DNA of 64,000 nucleotides from Sphaerodactylus townsendi. Taxonomy: Eukaryota. Location: contig NC_059425.1 of NCBI RefSeq assembly GCF_021028975.2, positions 24,304,001 through 24,368,000 on the forward strand, written 5' to 3'. Shown here piece after piece: positions 1-12,700 of this stretch. The notes under the pieces are model-generated. The model was given only the letters and a program-made list of their open reading frames with translations. It was not told where the DNA came from and made no database searches. The translations under genes and the position numbers were made by a program. Within the stretch, counting starts at the first letter, position 1; every line of letters begins with the position of its first letter.

Positions 1-353
1 CACACGGTGTCCACTGTGCCCTGTCTGCAACTGAACCTGGTTAGATAGTTAATCTGAAGTACAGCTAAGGATCTGTTGACCTCAGGATTATTGCTCATGA
101 GTTGGCAAGATGGGGGTGGGGTGGGGAGAATGCCACTGGTAACGTGCTAAAAAGGCCGCAGGGGAATTTCCCTAGTATTTCCCCATTACACAAGTTGCCA
201 AACAACTTTTTGAGTCAATACTGGGCTGTTGACGTATATCCTGGGGTATCCTGCAACAAGCAACATGCTCCAAGGGGGTTTATATGGGGCGATGGCAATC
301 AGAGTCTGAGAAGAAAAGCGAGAGATACTTACCCGCTTTGTACAGGTACCACA

Positions 354-3300
354 ATGCAGAAGTTTCATCCGCGAAGCAAACGTTGGAGAGCTCAGAGAGG
401 TGAGTAATAAAAGAGCAATGGAGTTGGGGCACTAGCATGGAGGTGGGGAAGGATTTACCCTGTTTTGTGGCAGAGATGGCCCATAATTTGGTTGAAGACC
501 AGAATACCAATCTGTTTCCAGCTCCTGTTGCTATGCCTTTATCAGAGGCATGATCTACAAGCTTTAAGGAGGTGTTTGTGCTTATCTTGAAAAATTTGTC
601 TTACTGATTTCTGCAAATCAAATTGCTATTTAAGGCAATGCACCAGGCCAGGCTGGGTTCCTGCTCCCTGGTCAGTTGGCAACTGTGGTTTAGATTACAC
701 TCAGCGCATAAAAGGTTCTATGTTTGATTTCCAGCATCCAAACACAAAATAATTCCTGACATCACAGCTGGGAAACATCTTTCTTTGAAAGTCTCACCTG
801 CAGAATGTCTGAATACCATGCAACTGCTAAAGGCACAGGAGTCCTGCCAGGAAAAGAACTGGCAACACTTTGAGATTGGCAGGAAAGGAGAGAGAAAAAT
901 TGCTTTCAAGACCAACTGTGACAGACAGCTGTTTTACTGTGCGGGAGCCCTTGTATAGATCTCAAGCGTTCAGAATATAAGCATTATCCCTGATCTGAAC
1001 CTAAATTCTGGGGCTGCCTGTTGGAGTGGCACTTGTCTGAACATAATGGCTGGAGGGAGGTTTGATCCTTTGCTCTCTATGGTATCCTGGCATTATCTGG
1101 ATTATAAGAGCGGGGTCACCAAGGCACAATAATGCCACAATTCTGTGTGAAGCAAAACAAGGCAAGAGACTGGCTCCTGTTCACAGAGAGATGGTGGAAG
1201 GCTATCAGGTCTTGCAGTGTATTAGTCCTGCCAGCTTGCTGTTTTAAAAAGTGTTGGCATTCAAAAGTGTTGACTTCTCTCTGTGATACACCTCTAAAGA
1301 TGCCAGCCACAGATGCAGGTGAAATGTTAGGAACAAGATCTACCAGACCACGGCCACACAGCCCGGAAAACTCACCACAACCTGTTGGCATTCAGTCTCT
1401 CTCCAACAACAGTGTTGCTTATTTATTTATTATTTATTATTTAAAAGTATATGTCGCCTCTCTAGAGACCAGGTGTTCTTCCAGTTGCCTTCAGCTCTAA
1501 CTAGCTGACAGTTGAGTTACAAGATTTTCTCCTGACGTACCTTTGTAGACACACACAAAAAGTTAATGGTGGGCAATGACCCTTCTCTTCAGGATACTCA
1601 AAGCAACAAAAAACAACATGACAGAACAGAGGCAGGCCAATGTTACAGCCAAGGTCGGTCACAGCCAAAGCAGCCAAGCTAGTTAGAGGCCAATAAACCA
1701 TCTGCTTGGAGCTGAGCAAGTGAGCTTCCTGCCCTCCAGCATTTCACAAATAGATCTAGGACAGTGGTGGCGAACCTTTTTGAGACCAAGTGCCCAAATT
1801 GCAACCCAAACCCCACTTATTTACCGCAAAGTGCCAACACGGCAATTTAACGCTTGAATGCTGAGGTTTTAGTTTAGAAAAACCGGTTGGCTCCTCTTCC
1901 TCAGCCCCCACCTCGGCTCGAGCAGGGCCAGCCTGCTCCCCAGCCTCCCAGCAAGTCCTCCACTCTGTGCCTCTTTAGCATCTCTGCCTCCTCTGCGCCC
2001 CCCCCCCCCCCTCGGGCAGCAGCTACCTGGAGCACAGGCACAAGGCCCGCCAGCCGAGTCCTCCCTGCTCACCACAGTGCACCACATCGTGCTCAGTGGC
2101 CCAGGCCAGCCTAGATGTGTGGGTGTGTGGGTGTGATTTTTCGCCCTCCACATGACGAACTCTGTGTGCGACTGCCCACAGGGAGGGCTCCAAGTGCCAC
2201 CTCTGGCACCCGTGCCATAGGTTCGCCATCACTAATCTAGGAGATCCACTTAGCATGCCTGTTTTCCTACCAGGAATCACTGCTTGAGTCTCCCCTCCCT
2301 CTTTTTATCATCACAACCACATTCCTGTGAGGTAGGCTAGGCTCAGAGAAAGAGTATGACAAGTGCATAGGGTTGCCAGCTCTAGATTGGGTAATAGCTT
2401 AAGGTGACCAGATGTTTAGGAGAATGGAAGAGCGTAGAGCCTGAGCATCCCGGTCAGAGGGCGGGTTAAGGCCCAGAAGGGACTTAAATGCCGCGGTATA
2501 GCCTTCTGGAGTCATACAGCCCCTTCCTGACGAAAGTGGCCATAAGGTAGTTCTGCAGGGCGTTAACTGATCTCTAACCCGGGACAATGTTCATTCCCGG
2601 TAAGACCCAGTGGGACACATCAGCGCAAAGCGTATTGCACTTTCAATCGGGACTGCTTTCAGTGCTCTAATGGCTTGATAGTTGGGGGTAAAGCTTGAAT
2701 AGCGGGGTTAAGGGAATCCCACTTTGCAATGGGGTACAGTTGTGAAAGTGGTTTGAAAACGCATTATTTTGCGTGTGCGGAAGGGGCCTCTGTCACTTGG
2801 AAATCAGTTATAATAGTGGGAGATCTCAAGTCACCACCTAGAGATTGGCGGCAACCCTACTCATGTGAGGTAATCCATCAAGCTTTCACAACAGAAAGGA
2901 GATTCAAATCTACAGTATCGCAGATCCTAGTCCGACATTCTAAACAGAACCTAGTATTTCTGTAACTTTTAATGTGCTCACTTGTACATGAAAACAATTA
3001 TGATGTCATCAAAATCCTGCTACACACCTGCTCCCACTGAAATACATGCAAAAAGGAGGGAGTAACTCTGCTTCAGATAGCACTATAACAGTGCCACGGT
3101 CTGGAAAGTCTTCCCAGAATCCTACTCAATAGGGTTTACTGCCAGAAAAGTCTTTAGTCTGGTGAAGGTAAAGATAAAGTTTGAACCAAGGACTTCTGAC
3201 CTTCTAACGTCAGACACTAAACGATGACAGCAACCTAGGGAACTCTGGAAACTGTACTTTGTAGGACTAATGCACGAAGATAATTAGTGGCAAATGAAGA

Positions 3301-5261
3301 AATAACCTTCTCTTTAATTTACAGTCGTCTTTTGTATGGCCATCCTTTCGTTGACTGTCTTGGGTTACACCACAGATGCCTCACAACACTGCCATCATAC
3401 CATGATGAATTTTCGGCTGGCAGCCAATTGCCAAGGTCAAAGTCACAATACAGTTCCCGAAGTTAACCCTTCCATTCAGGTCCTCCTGCTGAATTTTAAC
3501 CTGTTCTCCGCCATCTTGAATTCTACCTTGCCCGAAATGGATTCTCTGCAGATGTTGTCTTTTGGGAAGCAGTTGGGAGGATCCCTTTTTGTTGGAGAGA
3601 GGGCCTTTCAGAATGTGGCTGGTATCACATTCCTGGATCTTGGAGGCAACATGAACATAACACTACACCCCGCTGCTTTTGCAGGCCTGACCAAACTTGA
3701 GGTGTTACTGTTGGATGTGAATGGCTTTGATGAAAAGGTATTGGAAAGAAGATACTTCCAGGATTTGGTTTCCTTGAAGAGACTGGATCTTTCTGGAAAT
3801 CATATCCAGAGGCTAAGGCCTGATCCAACCTTTCAACAGCTTGGAAAGCTGAGCTTCCTGCAGCTGAAGCTCAACAGAATTGAGAGGATTTGTGGGGATG
3901 ACCTGCAACACCTGAAAGGACACCATCTTGCCTTGCTTGACCTGGCTTCTAACCGTTTACGCTACCACCACACCTGTACCAACCCTTTCCACAACATCAC
4001 TCTGGAAACCCTGGACATCTCTTCCAATCCATGGAATGTGATGCAAGTTGAGCAGTTTTTCACAAGCTTAAATGGCACATGGATCCAGAAGCTCAGAATG
4101 CAACACTCAGGGGCCATTGGGAGCTCATTTGGTTTCCGTAACCTGAAGGACATTTCAGTCAGGACCTTCTCTGGGCTTCATGATAGTGGCACCTTCTCTC
4201 TTTACATGTCCCATGGTTTCTTAAATGGAACTCCTCCCTTCTGTCTTCTCGGCCAGCCCTCAGATTCCACATCCTGCACGGAGGTCAATCAGATTACCAA
4301 GATCCATGATGGGGCCTTCATCAAGCTGAATCAACTGCATGTTCTTGATCTATCCAACAACCTTCTTGGGGAGCTGTACACAAAAGCATTGAGAAGTCTG
4401 AGGTCATCACCTCTCCACCATCTCATCCTGAAGTCCAACCACATTGGAATTGTTCAACAGGATGCCCTTGTGGGCCTGGACTTCTTGCAAATCCTTGACT
4501 TACAGGACAATGCTCTCTCACAAGTACCAAAGGGTAAACTCCCATCTCTACAGCGTCTGATGCTAGGGCAGAACAGGATCAAGGACGCTTGGGGCATCGA
4601 GGATCTTAGCCAGAACCTGACACACCTTGACTTGTCCTCCAATCACCTGAGTGACCTGGGGCAGCTCTGGGAGCAGCTAGGGAAGATTCCCTCTTTGCTT
4701 TTTTTGAATCTCTCAAACAACCACTTGGCAAGATGCTTCAGGATCCGGGAAGGCCCCATTCACCTCAGAGAACTGGATCTTTCTCATAACAACCTGGCAG
4801 GTGTTTGGAAAGCAGGACAGTGTATGGGCATCTTCCATCATTTAGAGAGGTTAATGGTCTTGAATCTCAGTTCCAGCAACCTCAAGGCCTTGCCTAAGGG
4901 TCTTTTCCAGGGGCTAGAGTCTCTGCAGACTTTGGACCTCTCCGAGAATCTCCTGCCATTACTTCCAGAGGAAGTATTCCTTGGCCTGCAGTCTTTGCGC
5001 ACCCTCAGCCTCCGTGGGAACCCTATGATGACCCTTACGCCATCCATATTCCAGCCATTGGTACTGTTGCAGACCTTGGACCTGCAAGATTTGACTTTGC
5101 TGTGTCACTGTGGGCTTGCTGACTTGAAGACCTGGTTGCTGACCAATAGCATGGCAGTGAAAAGATCTGCGACAGCAGGAATCCCATGCACTATTACAAC
5201 TCCATATTTCGTACAGGTCTCCTTGTCTGGATTCCTCCATCAAAACTGTGAGGTGTGGTAA
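354..5261 (+). CDS. Soluble TLR5-like LRR protein (TLR5S/TLR5L type), about 660 aa; predicted exons 354-399 and 3325-5261
   Basis: The 641-aa ORF 3336-5261 has many LxxLxLxxN repeats, TLR5-type motifs (LSFGKQL, FLDLGGN, LHPAAFAGL, IGSSFGFRNLKD, MSHGF) and a Cys-containing C-terminal cap, then a stop with no TM or TIR. A phase-1 acceptor (tttacag|3325) matches a phase-1 donor (399|gtgagt), giving the signal-peptide-like MQKFHPRSKRWRAQRVVFCMAILSLTVLGYTTDA. The upstream exon is inferred. Confidence 0.85.
1264..1382 (+). mobile_element. Penelope-like terminal-repeat fragment with a degenerate hammerhead
   Basis: Same family as 48860-49003; 12-bp TSD tgttggcattca (1252-1263, 1383-1394); core reads CTAAAGA...GAAATG. 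Confidence 0.75.
1762..2234. mobile_element. hAT-type non-autonomous DNA transposon
   Basis: TIRs cagtggtggcgaacc / ggttcgccatcacta; 8-bp TSD atctagga. Confidence 0.85.
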
Positions 5262-5311
5262 AATGACTCCTCACACTACAAATTGCAACAACTGAGTTTG
5301 CAGCTGGGGAA

Positions 5312-5317
5312 AATAAA
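5312..5317 (+). terminator. PolyA signal of the TLR5-like gene
   Basis: AATAAA about 50 nt after the stop codon. Confidence 0.55.
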
Positions 5318-5997
5318 TGTTTGAATTTGCTACGGAAGCTATGGAACATGTTTCAAAGGTAGCTTTTTGTCTGCTGCCTAGGAGATTGGCAGCTGTTTTT
5401 GATTGGGATATTGACTTTGGGTTCCATCATATATCTCCTCTTACAGGAAGGTATTTCCATCAGGAGGTATTTCCTCCCTTTTGTTAGTGGAAATTTACAG
5501 TGTGGTCCTATGGTGTCATCTTTTAGGATGAAACAAAACTGAATTGTTCCCTTTGCCATTCAGATGAAGTGTCTTACAATGCAATATTTGATTCTTTTAT
5601 GAATGTGAATCTCACATTTATGAATGTAAAGCTCAGCTGTTTTCTTGAAGCGCTTACTGGTAGAAAAACTTTAGATGAATTGTTTTATTTACAGTTAGAA
5701 AATGTACCAGCCATTCATAAATTGTAGCATTAGTAAATGTAAACTACAGTTTTGTTTTGTAATTTGGAACAGTTCCCAGGAAGTTTGCCCTTGACTAAGT
5801 GTCAGGTGGCTTCTTCCATTGGGCACCCGAGAATAAATAAGCTGCCTTACTTTGTTCTCCCACAGGCCACTGCAGCTAAAGCATATGCACAATAAACTTA
5901 ATAGAGAGATTTAGGTTGGGATGTCTCAAGAGAATTGCGTTTAAATCCTTCTCCTAATGTCAGATGAGGGTCGTGATGAAGGGGAGTTCACATGCAT

Positions 5998-6153
5998 TAG
6001 TGGTGGCGAACCCATTTGGATCCAGATCAGTATGGCACTACAGATTCAGGGACCATCCAGCCCCCTGCCAGCATGGCCAATTGGTCATGCTGGCAGGGGC
6101 TGATGGGAATTGTAGTCCACAACATCTGGAGTGTCAAAGGTTCGCCACCACAG
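5998..6153. mobile_element. Short hAT-type MITE
   Basis: TIRs tagtggtggcgaacc / ggttcgccaccacag; internal palindromic segment shared with other MITEs in the window. Confidence 0.7.
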
Positions 6154-7159
6154 CAATGTGTACAAGGAGGGTCTCTTCTGACATCACTGGTGATGCTATC
6201 ATGCTAGTTACTTGATGATTCTGAAAACAGTATAAAACTTGAAGTTTTGTTGTGTACTTTGCATCTGCCTCAATCTAAATTGGTGCCGCAGCCAAATATA
6301 TTATTATCCTATTTCCCCCTACCTCTCGCCTCTTTAGTCCATTATCGGGCCAGGGCTTTGGAGAACATAACTGATGTAAACTCTAGACACATCAATCCAA
6401 GCCATTCTTTCTCAGACAAGCACTCTATAGAACTGTTTGATTTATTTTAAACAGTTTAATTTTAAAATGTATGTGTAAATATGCATTTCTTTTGCGATCC
6501 TATGTTGTGTCATATTCTCAAGGGCGGCACAATTTCCATAGGCCTTCTGTGGGCAGACTGTATATGGCCGGTCCTCATAAAAATGGCACTAACCCCCCCC
6601 CCCCAAATTACCTTATTGTTTGAAAGGCAGTGCAAAATTAGGGGAGCTCTGGGTTCAAATTCCTCACACAGACATGAAGCTCATTGGATGACCCTGAGCC
6701 AGTCATTATCTCTCAACCTAACCTACCTCACCGAATTGTTGTAATAATAAAACGAGGGAGGACAGAACCCACGAATACTACCCAGATTTCCTTGGAGGAA
6801 AATGGGATAAAAACGTAATGGATAGAGAGGTCATTTCTAAACGTTTGCAGTGTTATTTTCAAGTGCTGCTGTTCTCATGTGCTGCTTGTCTGAGCAAAAC
6901 CATCGAAAGTTTCTACCCTGCAAGTTGGTAAGATCAACAGCTGCCCATCCAAGAGTATTCTCTGTTGTGGTTCCCACCTGGTGGGTCAGGAAAGATTCCG
7001 CATTCCATGGAATGCCAGAAACAGAATCATTCAAAAGGGCATTTTTTAAGAGTGCATAAGGTTGTAGTTGATGTGAGTGGAACTTTAGGCAATCTTCATT
7101 GTATATATTATGCTGTATTTATTGCCTTTGCAATTCTGTATTGTTCACATCATCCTTTG

Positions 7160-7250
7160 TTTTACTGCTTACCGTTTTACTGCTTTACTGCTTTACTGCT
7201 TACTGTTTTACTGCTTACTGTATACTGCTTTACGGCTTACTGTTTTACTG
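7160..7250. repeat. Degenerate (TTTACTGC)n-like microsatellite
   Basis: Repeated ttactgct/ttactgtt units. Confidence 0.8.
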
Positions 7251-7624
7251 ATCTCTAGTCCTGTAATGCCAGGTTTGTTATACTGTGTGGGTAGCACGGT
7301 TTTCGACAATTCTGTGTTGGTAGTATGTGTTATATCTTTTTTTCTTTCGTTGTAATCTGCTTTGAGTCTCATTGAGAAAGGTGGACAAAAATTAAGTAAA
7401 TAAATGTTATAATACTGTGTGAAATTGATGTTGTTTCACTTTGCTTTATTTTGCTCGCAATGAGGTTGTGAAGGGCCCTTTCCGCACAAGTCACATACAA
7501 TATTACCAGAACGTTATCGATCCACCCGCTCTTTAGCACAATGTTTGACCACACTCATGCCCTCAAAATGCTTGAGGGTTCAAAAAAATTCTTTGCTTGA
7601 TGCTCTGTAGCTCAAGTTTAATTG

Positions 7625-7790
7625 ATCATTGCCTTCCCCTATCCCCAGCAAGCTGGGGGCTCATTTTACCAACCTCGGAAGGATGGAAAGCTGGGTCAAC
7701 CTTGAGCCGGCTACCTGAAACAGGCTTCTGTCAGGATCAAACTCAGGTTGTGAGCAAAGCTTTGACTGCAGTACCACTTTGCGCCACTGG
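7625..7790. mobile_element. Sauria-type SINE fragment
   Basis: cccagcaagctggg...cattttaccaacctcggaaggatggaa...gagccggctacctgaa; related copy at 52215-52445. Confidence 0.65.
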
Positions 7791-9763
7791 GCTTTTCCCT
7801 GCATACTTTACCGGGTTCCAAAGAACTCTTTTCCTCTGACTCCATAGCACGTTGCGGCATCAGGAGTAGCAGCTCCAGCAGCTGGACCACAGGCTCCCTG
7901 CAGCGGAGCAGCTCTCGCCTCTGCCTTTCCTTTGCTAATCTTGGAGATCCTTTGCTAATCTTGGAGATCCAGATTGCAACGGACAGCAGCTGAACTGCAC
8001 TGCTAGCAAGCCAGACACTCCCCCCTGGTTCCTGATAGGTTTTCCAGCCTGGGATGTCATTCTTCTCCTAGGATGAGATTGGCTGCTGTCGGATGGGACA
8101 GGATGGGGAGAGGGGCGGGGGTGTGTGTGTGGTGGTGGTGGTGTTGCTGCAACCTGGTTTGGTGTGCAACACAGCTTGACAAACAGGTGAGCAAGATCTG
8201 TGGTCCTCAGCCAGGAACATACCTGAGTCCTTTGTAGTCCGCGCAGGTAAGACCATGACTTCCTGAGGGGGTGGGCGGCAGCACTTCAGGGCAGGTATCC
8301 CAGCCCCCACCAAGTGTCAGATGCTGGCTTCAGACAGCAAGAGGGGATATATGGCCATTTCTATCTTTCCCTGCTGGGGCTCTTGGCTTCCCACTGTTGG
8401 AGACAGAAAATTGGGGTGAGGCAAATCCAGATCCAGTATGTTTTAAACGCGACATCATAAAAGTGCCAGAGCCCTGCTTGGCAGGAGGGGAAGAGGCTTG
8501 GGAAGCAATAATTTGAATGAAAATATCACCAGAACAGCACTTGGACTGTGCGTCCCAGAAGTTCTGAAGAAGCTTAGGTTTACTTGCTGATCTTATTATT
8601 CAGGCTCTCTGTGAGACTTATTTAATATGCATATGACTGGAAACTTCTTCAGTGTGGAGAAGGTGTTGGGATGATCTCTCCTCTAGGGCAGATGAACAAG
8701 GGTACTTCTTTTGCCAACAGCTTCCAGAAGTGTGTAGAGAAGCTGGGATCCTTATTCCAAGAATGATCACTTGCAATGGGATCAGAGGCACTATGGACGT
8801 GCACTTTGGGAGAGGTTGTGACTTGGTGGGAGTGAGCATGCTTAGTACATAGAATCTCTCCCACTTTCAGCTCCTGGTATTTTCACTTGAAGGATCTCAG
8901 ATATGGGGAAGGGGGACTTCCGTTGCCTGGGACCCTGGAAAACACCAGATAACTAGATTATCCAATGATTTGACTCAGTATAAGGCAGTTTTCTGTATTA
9001 AATGCAACTTTCAGAAACAAACCCTAGCAATGGAAGCAGGGGGGTTCATTAGAAGAGCTGGGAGATGAGCACCGAAGGAAACTCTACTTGGGATTTGCTG
9101 ATATATACATACACAGCACTAGGATAGTTACCGTGAGCAAATACTCTGCTTCTGCAGAGTTTGGGACTTGTAGGATTTAACAGGAAGGAAAATGGAACAC
9201 CAGTATTTAACAGTAAAAAAAAAAGGTAGGAGCACTCTGCATGTGCTCTGGGTGCTCCTACAGTTTTTAAATTCAAACAAAGACATCAGACAGTTCTCAG
9301 CAGCAGCTTGAAACCTGCCCCCTCTGCTCGGGAATTCCAGCCATAAACCAATAATCCAGATTGTGTAGGAAGGCCAGCCGGCCGGCTATAGTTTACCCAG
9401 CACTGAGAGAGAAAAGGGCTACGTGCATGTTCTTCTGGTGATTCATTTCTAAAAGAAGAAAAGTAAATTTACTCCCCTGCCCTGCACTGTCAGAAGCCAG
9501 AATAAAATGAAGGGAGGGAGGGAGTTCTAATCTTCTCTGTGATTGTAAACATGAGACGGTGGTTGGGTCTTAGCCAGGAGTAACTAATTCATATGAAGAG
9601 AGCATCACTGGGTCCCCAAGAAGAAGAAGAAAAATACCATTTGGTCTAAATGAATTCTTTCCTCAGGCACGTGGCTCGTGAATAAGCCTCCCCCATTATA
9701 TGCAAGTCGAAACTTAAAACCACCGCAGGGGAGGCTCTCTGGTGGCACCTGGTCAAGAGAACA

Positions 9764-12700
9764 ATGGATCGACACAAGATCCCACGCACCAAAGAACTGG
9801 AATTTGGGGGTATTCTGGGTAAGAACAAAATCTTAGGGTAGGCCAAAGCTGGGAGGCGAACAAAACAGACAAAGAGCGCCAGTGTCTTCTGGGTTTTTTG
9901 GGCCCCTTCAAACCTGGCTGTCTTTTTTGTTTCAGGGGCTGCCTTCCTCCTCATCCTCTTGCCTGCCACTGTCTTTGCCCTGCTGCTGACTTGCAGGACA
10001 GAGCAGGCCAGTCTCCTGAATTTCCCCTTGCCTTTGCCCCTGCTCCATTCCCTGTGGGACCCCAAAGACTTTGCGCTGGTTTTGGCCTGGATAGGCCTGC
10101 AGGCTCTGCTGTATATGCTACCTTTGGGAAAGGTAAGAAGATTCACACCTTTATGTTGCTTAGTCTGGGACGTGTAGGTGCCGTTGCCTGGCTTTGGAAG
10201 GAGGCCGGGCTGATGCCTGAACATAATGGGGAGGGGGTGTTTGATGCAAGTCACTTGACATGTAGCCTACTTTGCAGGGCTGTTTGTGCTAAGTTCTTGA
10301 GAGGGAACTCTTTGAGGGCCTGCCAGGAGGAGATATTCTGCAAGACAGTGCATGGTTGAGGCAGTGCAGTCATACCAGCTACCTGGCCTTCTCTTCTCTC
10401 TCCCTTTCCCCCCTTCTTTTCCTTCCCTTTTCCCTTTCCCATCCCTTCCCTCTTCCTACCTCCTCCCCATTTCCCCCTTTCTTTCACTTTCTTGTTCTGC
10501 TTTTCCTTCTTTGTCCTTTGCCCCTTCCCTTTCTTTCATCAAATAGACTGAAATAAAGGGTAGATGAACTACAGTGATATAGTTGGATTTATTAAATGAG
10601 ATCCCCATTGGAAGTTAGATGAGGAACGATGGGGTGCCAATATTCTGTATACCTTGAAGGGCATATTGACTGAGATGAGTATTTTTAATCATTTTACTAT
10701 TACATTAATTCATGTTGGTATAGTGAATTGTGTATACTGTATGTATGTTATAAGCTGCCCTGAGCCCGGCCTTTGGCAGGAGTAGGCTGGGTTAAAAATG
10801 AAAATAAAGAAAAATAAAATAAAAGAGATGATGTATTGTCGAAGGCTTTCACGGCCGGAATCACTGAGGTGCTGTGTGGTTTCCGGGCTGTATGGCCGTG
10901 TTCTAGCAGCATTCTCTCCTGAAGTTTCGCCTGCATCTGTGGCTGGCATCTTCAGAGGATCTGTGGCTGGCATCTTCAGAGGATCCTCTGAAGATGCCAG
11001 CCACAGATGCAGGTGAAACGTCAGGAGAGAATGCTGCTAGAACATGGCCATACAGCCCGGAAACCACACAGCATCCCAAAAGAGATGATGTTAATGATTC
11101 TGTTCTACAGAAGTAGCCATACTGCTGAAACAGCCCCCCTAATAAAACTCTCCTTTCTTTATCTTGTATATAATTTTTACAGGTCACAGAAGGGACTGTT
11201 CTTCGAGACAAGAGCCGGCTCCAGTACCGTGTGAATGGTGAGTACCCATGGGAAACAGAGCTGATGCTGCAGCTTGTGAGACAAGTTATATGATTCAAGT
11301 GGTGTCTGGAGGTCTCCTGCTATTACCACTCTTTCAGGTGATAGAGATCAGTTAACCTGGAAAATATGGCCACTTTGGAAGGGGAACTTTATGGCATATA
11401 TCCCGACGGAAGTCCCTCCCTAAACCCTGCTCTTCTCAGGCTCCACCCACAAAATCTTGAGGTATTCCCAACCTGGAGCTGGCAACCTTATGTATAATTC
11501 AAGGAGGGGGGGATCAGTTCTGGAGAGAAGCAATATCTAGTGGCTAAAGCAGTGTTTCACAAAAAAGCAGTGTTTCACAAAAAATAGCCATCGAGTAGCT
11601 TGAAACAAATTTACCAGTTTCAGACTAAAAGCACACTGTTGCATTATTTCCAAAGAGCAGCTCCTTAATTAAAAGCTTGGATGAACTGAGATGTGTTGAT
11701 GCCTAAAAGAAAATCACATAAGCACCAGGTGAACCTCAAGGGAAGAGCATTCAAGCCAGGTGCCACTACTGAAAAAGCCCTGTTTCAGGTTGCCATCTGC
11801 CTCACCTCTGAAGGCAGGGGCACTACCAACTCCAGCTTGGTAAATTCCTGGAGATTTGGGGACAGTGCTTAGGAAAGGGCCTCAGTGACTGAGGCACTGT
11901 GTTGTTTATATGTCACCTGGAGGCAAATATCACTTTTATGCCCAAAAATGAAATGTTTGATTTTTTTTTTCAAAAACAGTTAATATTGTTTTCCTATGCC
12001 CCAGTGATTATGGATGCTGGATCAGCACTCTGTCCATACCTGTATCCCAACTAAGGAAGTCCTTTCAGCATTTCATGCTTGGAACTCCCTTATGACCATA
12101 ACAAGGACCACTGTCTATCCCAGGGATGGCGAACCTTTTTGAGACCAAGTGCCCAAACTGTAACCCAAAACCCACTTAGTTATCGCAAAGTGCCAACATG
12201 GCAATTTAACCTGAATACTGAGGTTTTGGTTTAGAAAAAACGGTTGGCTCAGAGGTGCACATTACTCGGGAGTAAGCTTGGTGAAGCAACCATGCAATGC
12301 TTCGAATGGGTGAATCATGATCCTAAGAGTGTTTACTCAGAAGAAACCCCATTGCCAGCAATCGAGCTTACTCCCAGGTAAAGGATTGTGCCCAGGCCAG
12401 CCTAGATGTGTGTGTGGGGATGTGGGGGTGTGATTCCCGCCCCCATGAACTGTGTGCACGTGTGCCCACAGAAAGGGCTCTGAGTGCCACCTCTGGCACC
12501 CGTGCCATAGGTTCGCCACCGCTGGTCTATCCCTTTCCCACTATTATACCTTGCTACAGATATAATTGTTTGCCATGTTGAAGAATTTGCCTTGTTCTGA
12601 GTCAGATCACTGGTCTATCAAAGATCACCCTTGTCTGTTTGAACTGGCAGCAAAAGGCAGCATCATGGGTTCGCATCTGTGCCTGAGGCAGCCTCCGGAC

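Larger units (their letters stand above)
10835..11077. mobile_element. Penelope-like element remnant: inverted pair of terminal repeats
   Basis: Palindrome centred at 10983/10984 (agaggatcctct); 14-bp TSD aaaagagatgatgt (10821-10834, 11078-11091); terminus attgtcgaaggctttcacggccgg. Confidence 0.85.

Noticed and set aside
9646-10359. 202-aa (-) and 153-aa (+) ORFs
   Set aside because: Antisense or off-frame overlaps of TM7SF2 exons and introns; no recognisable domain
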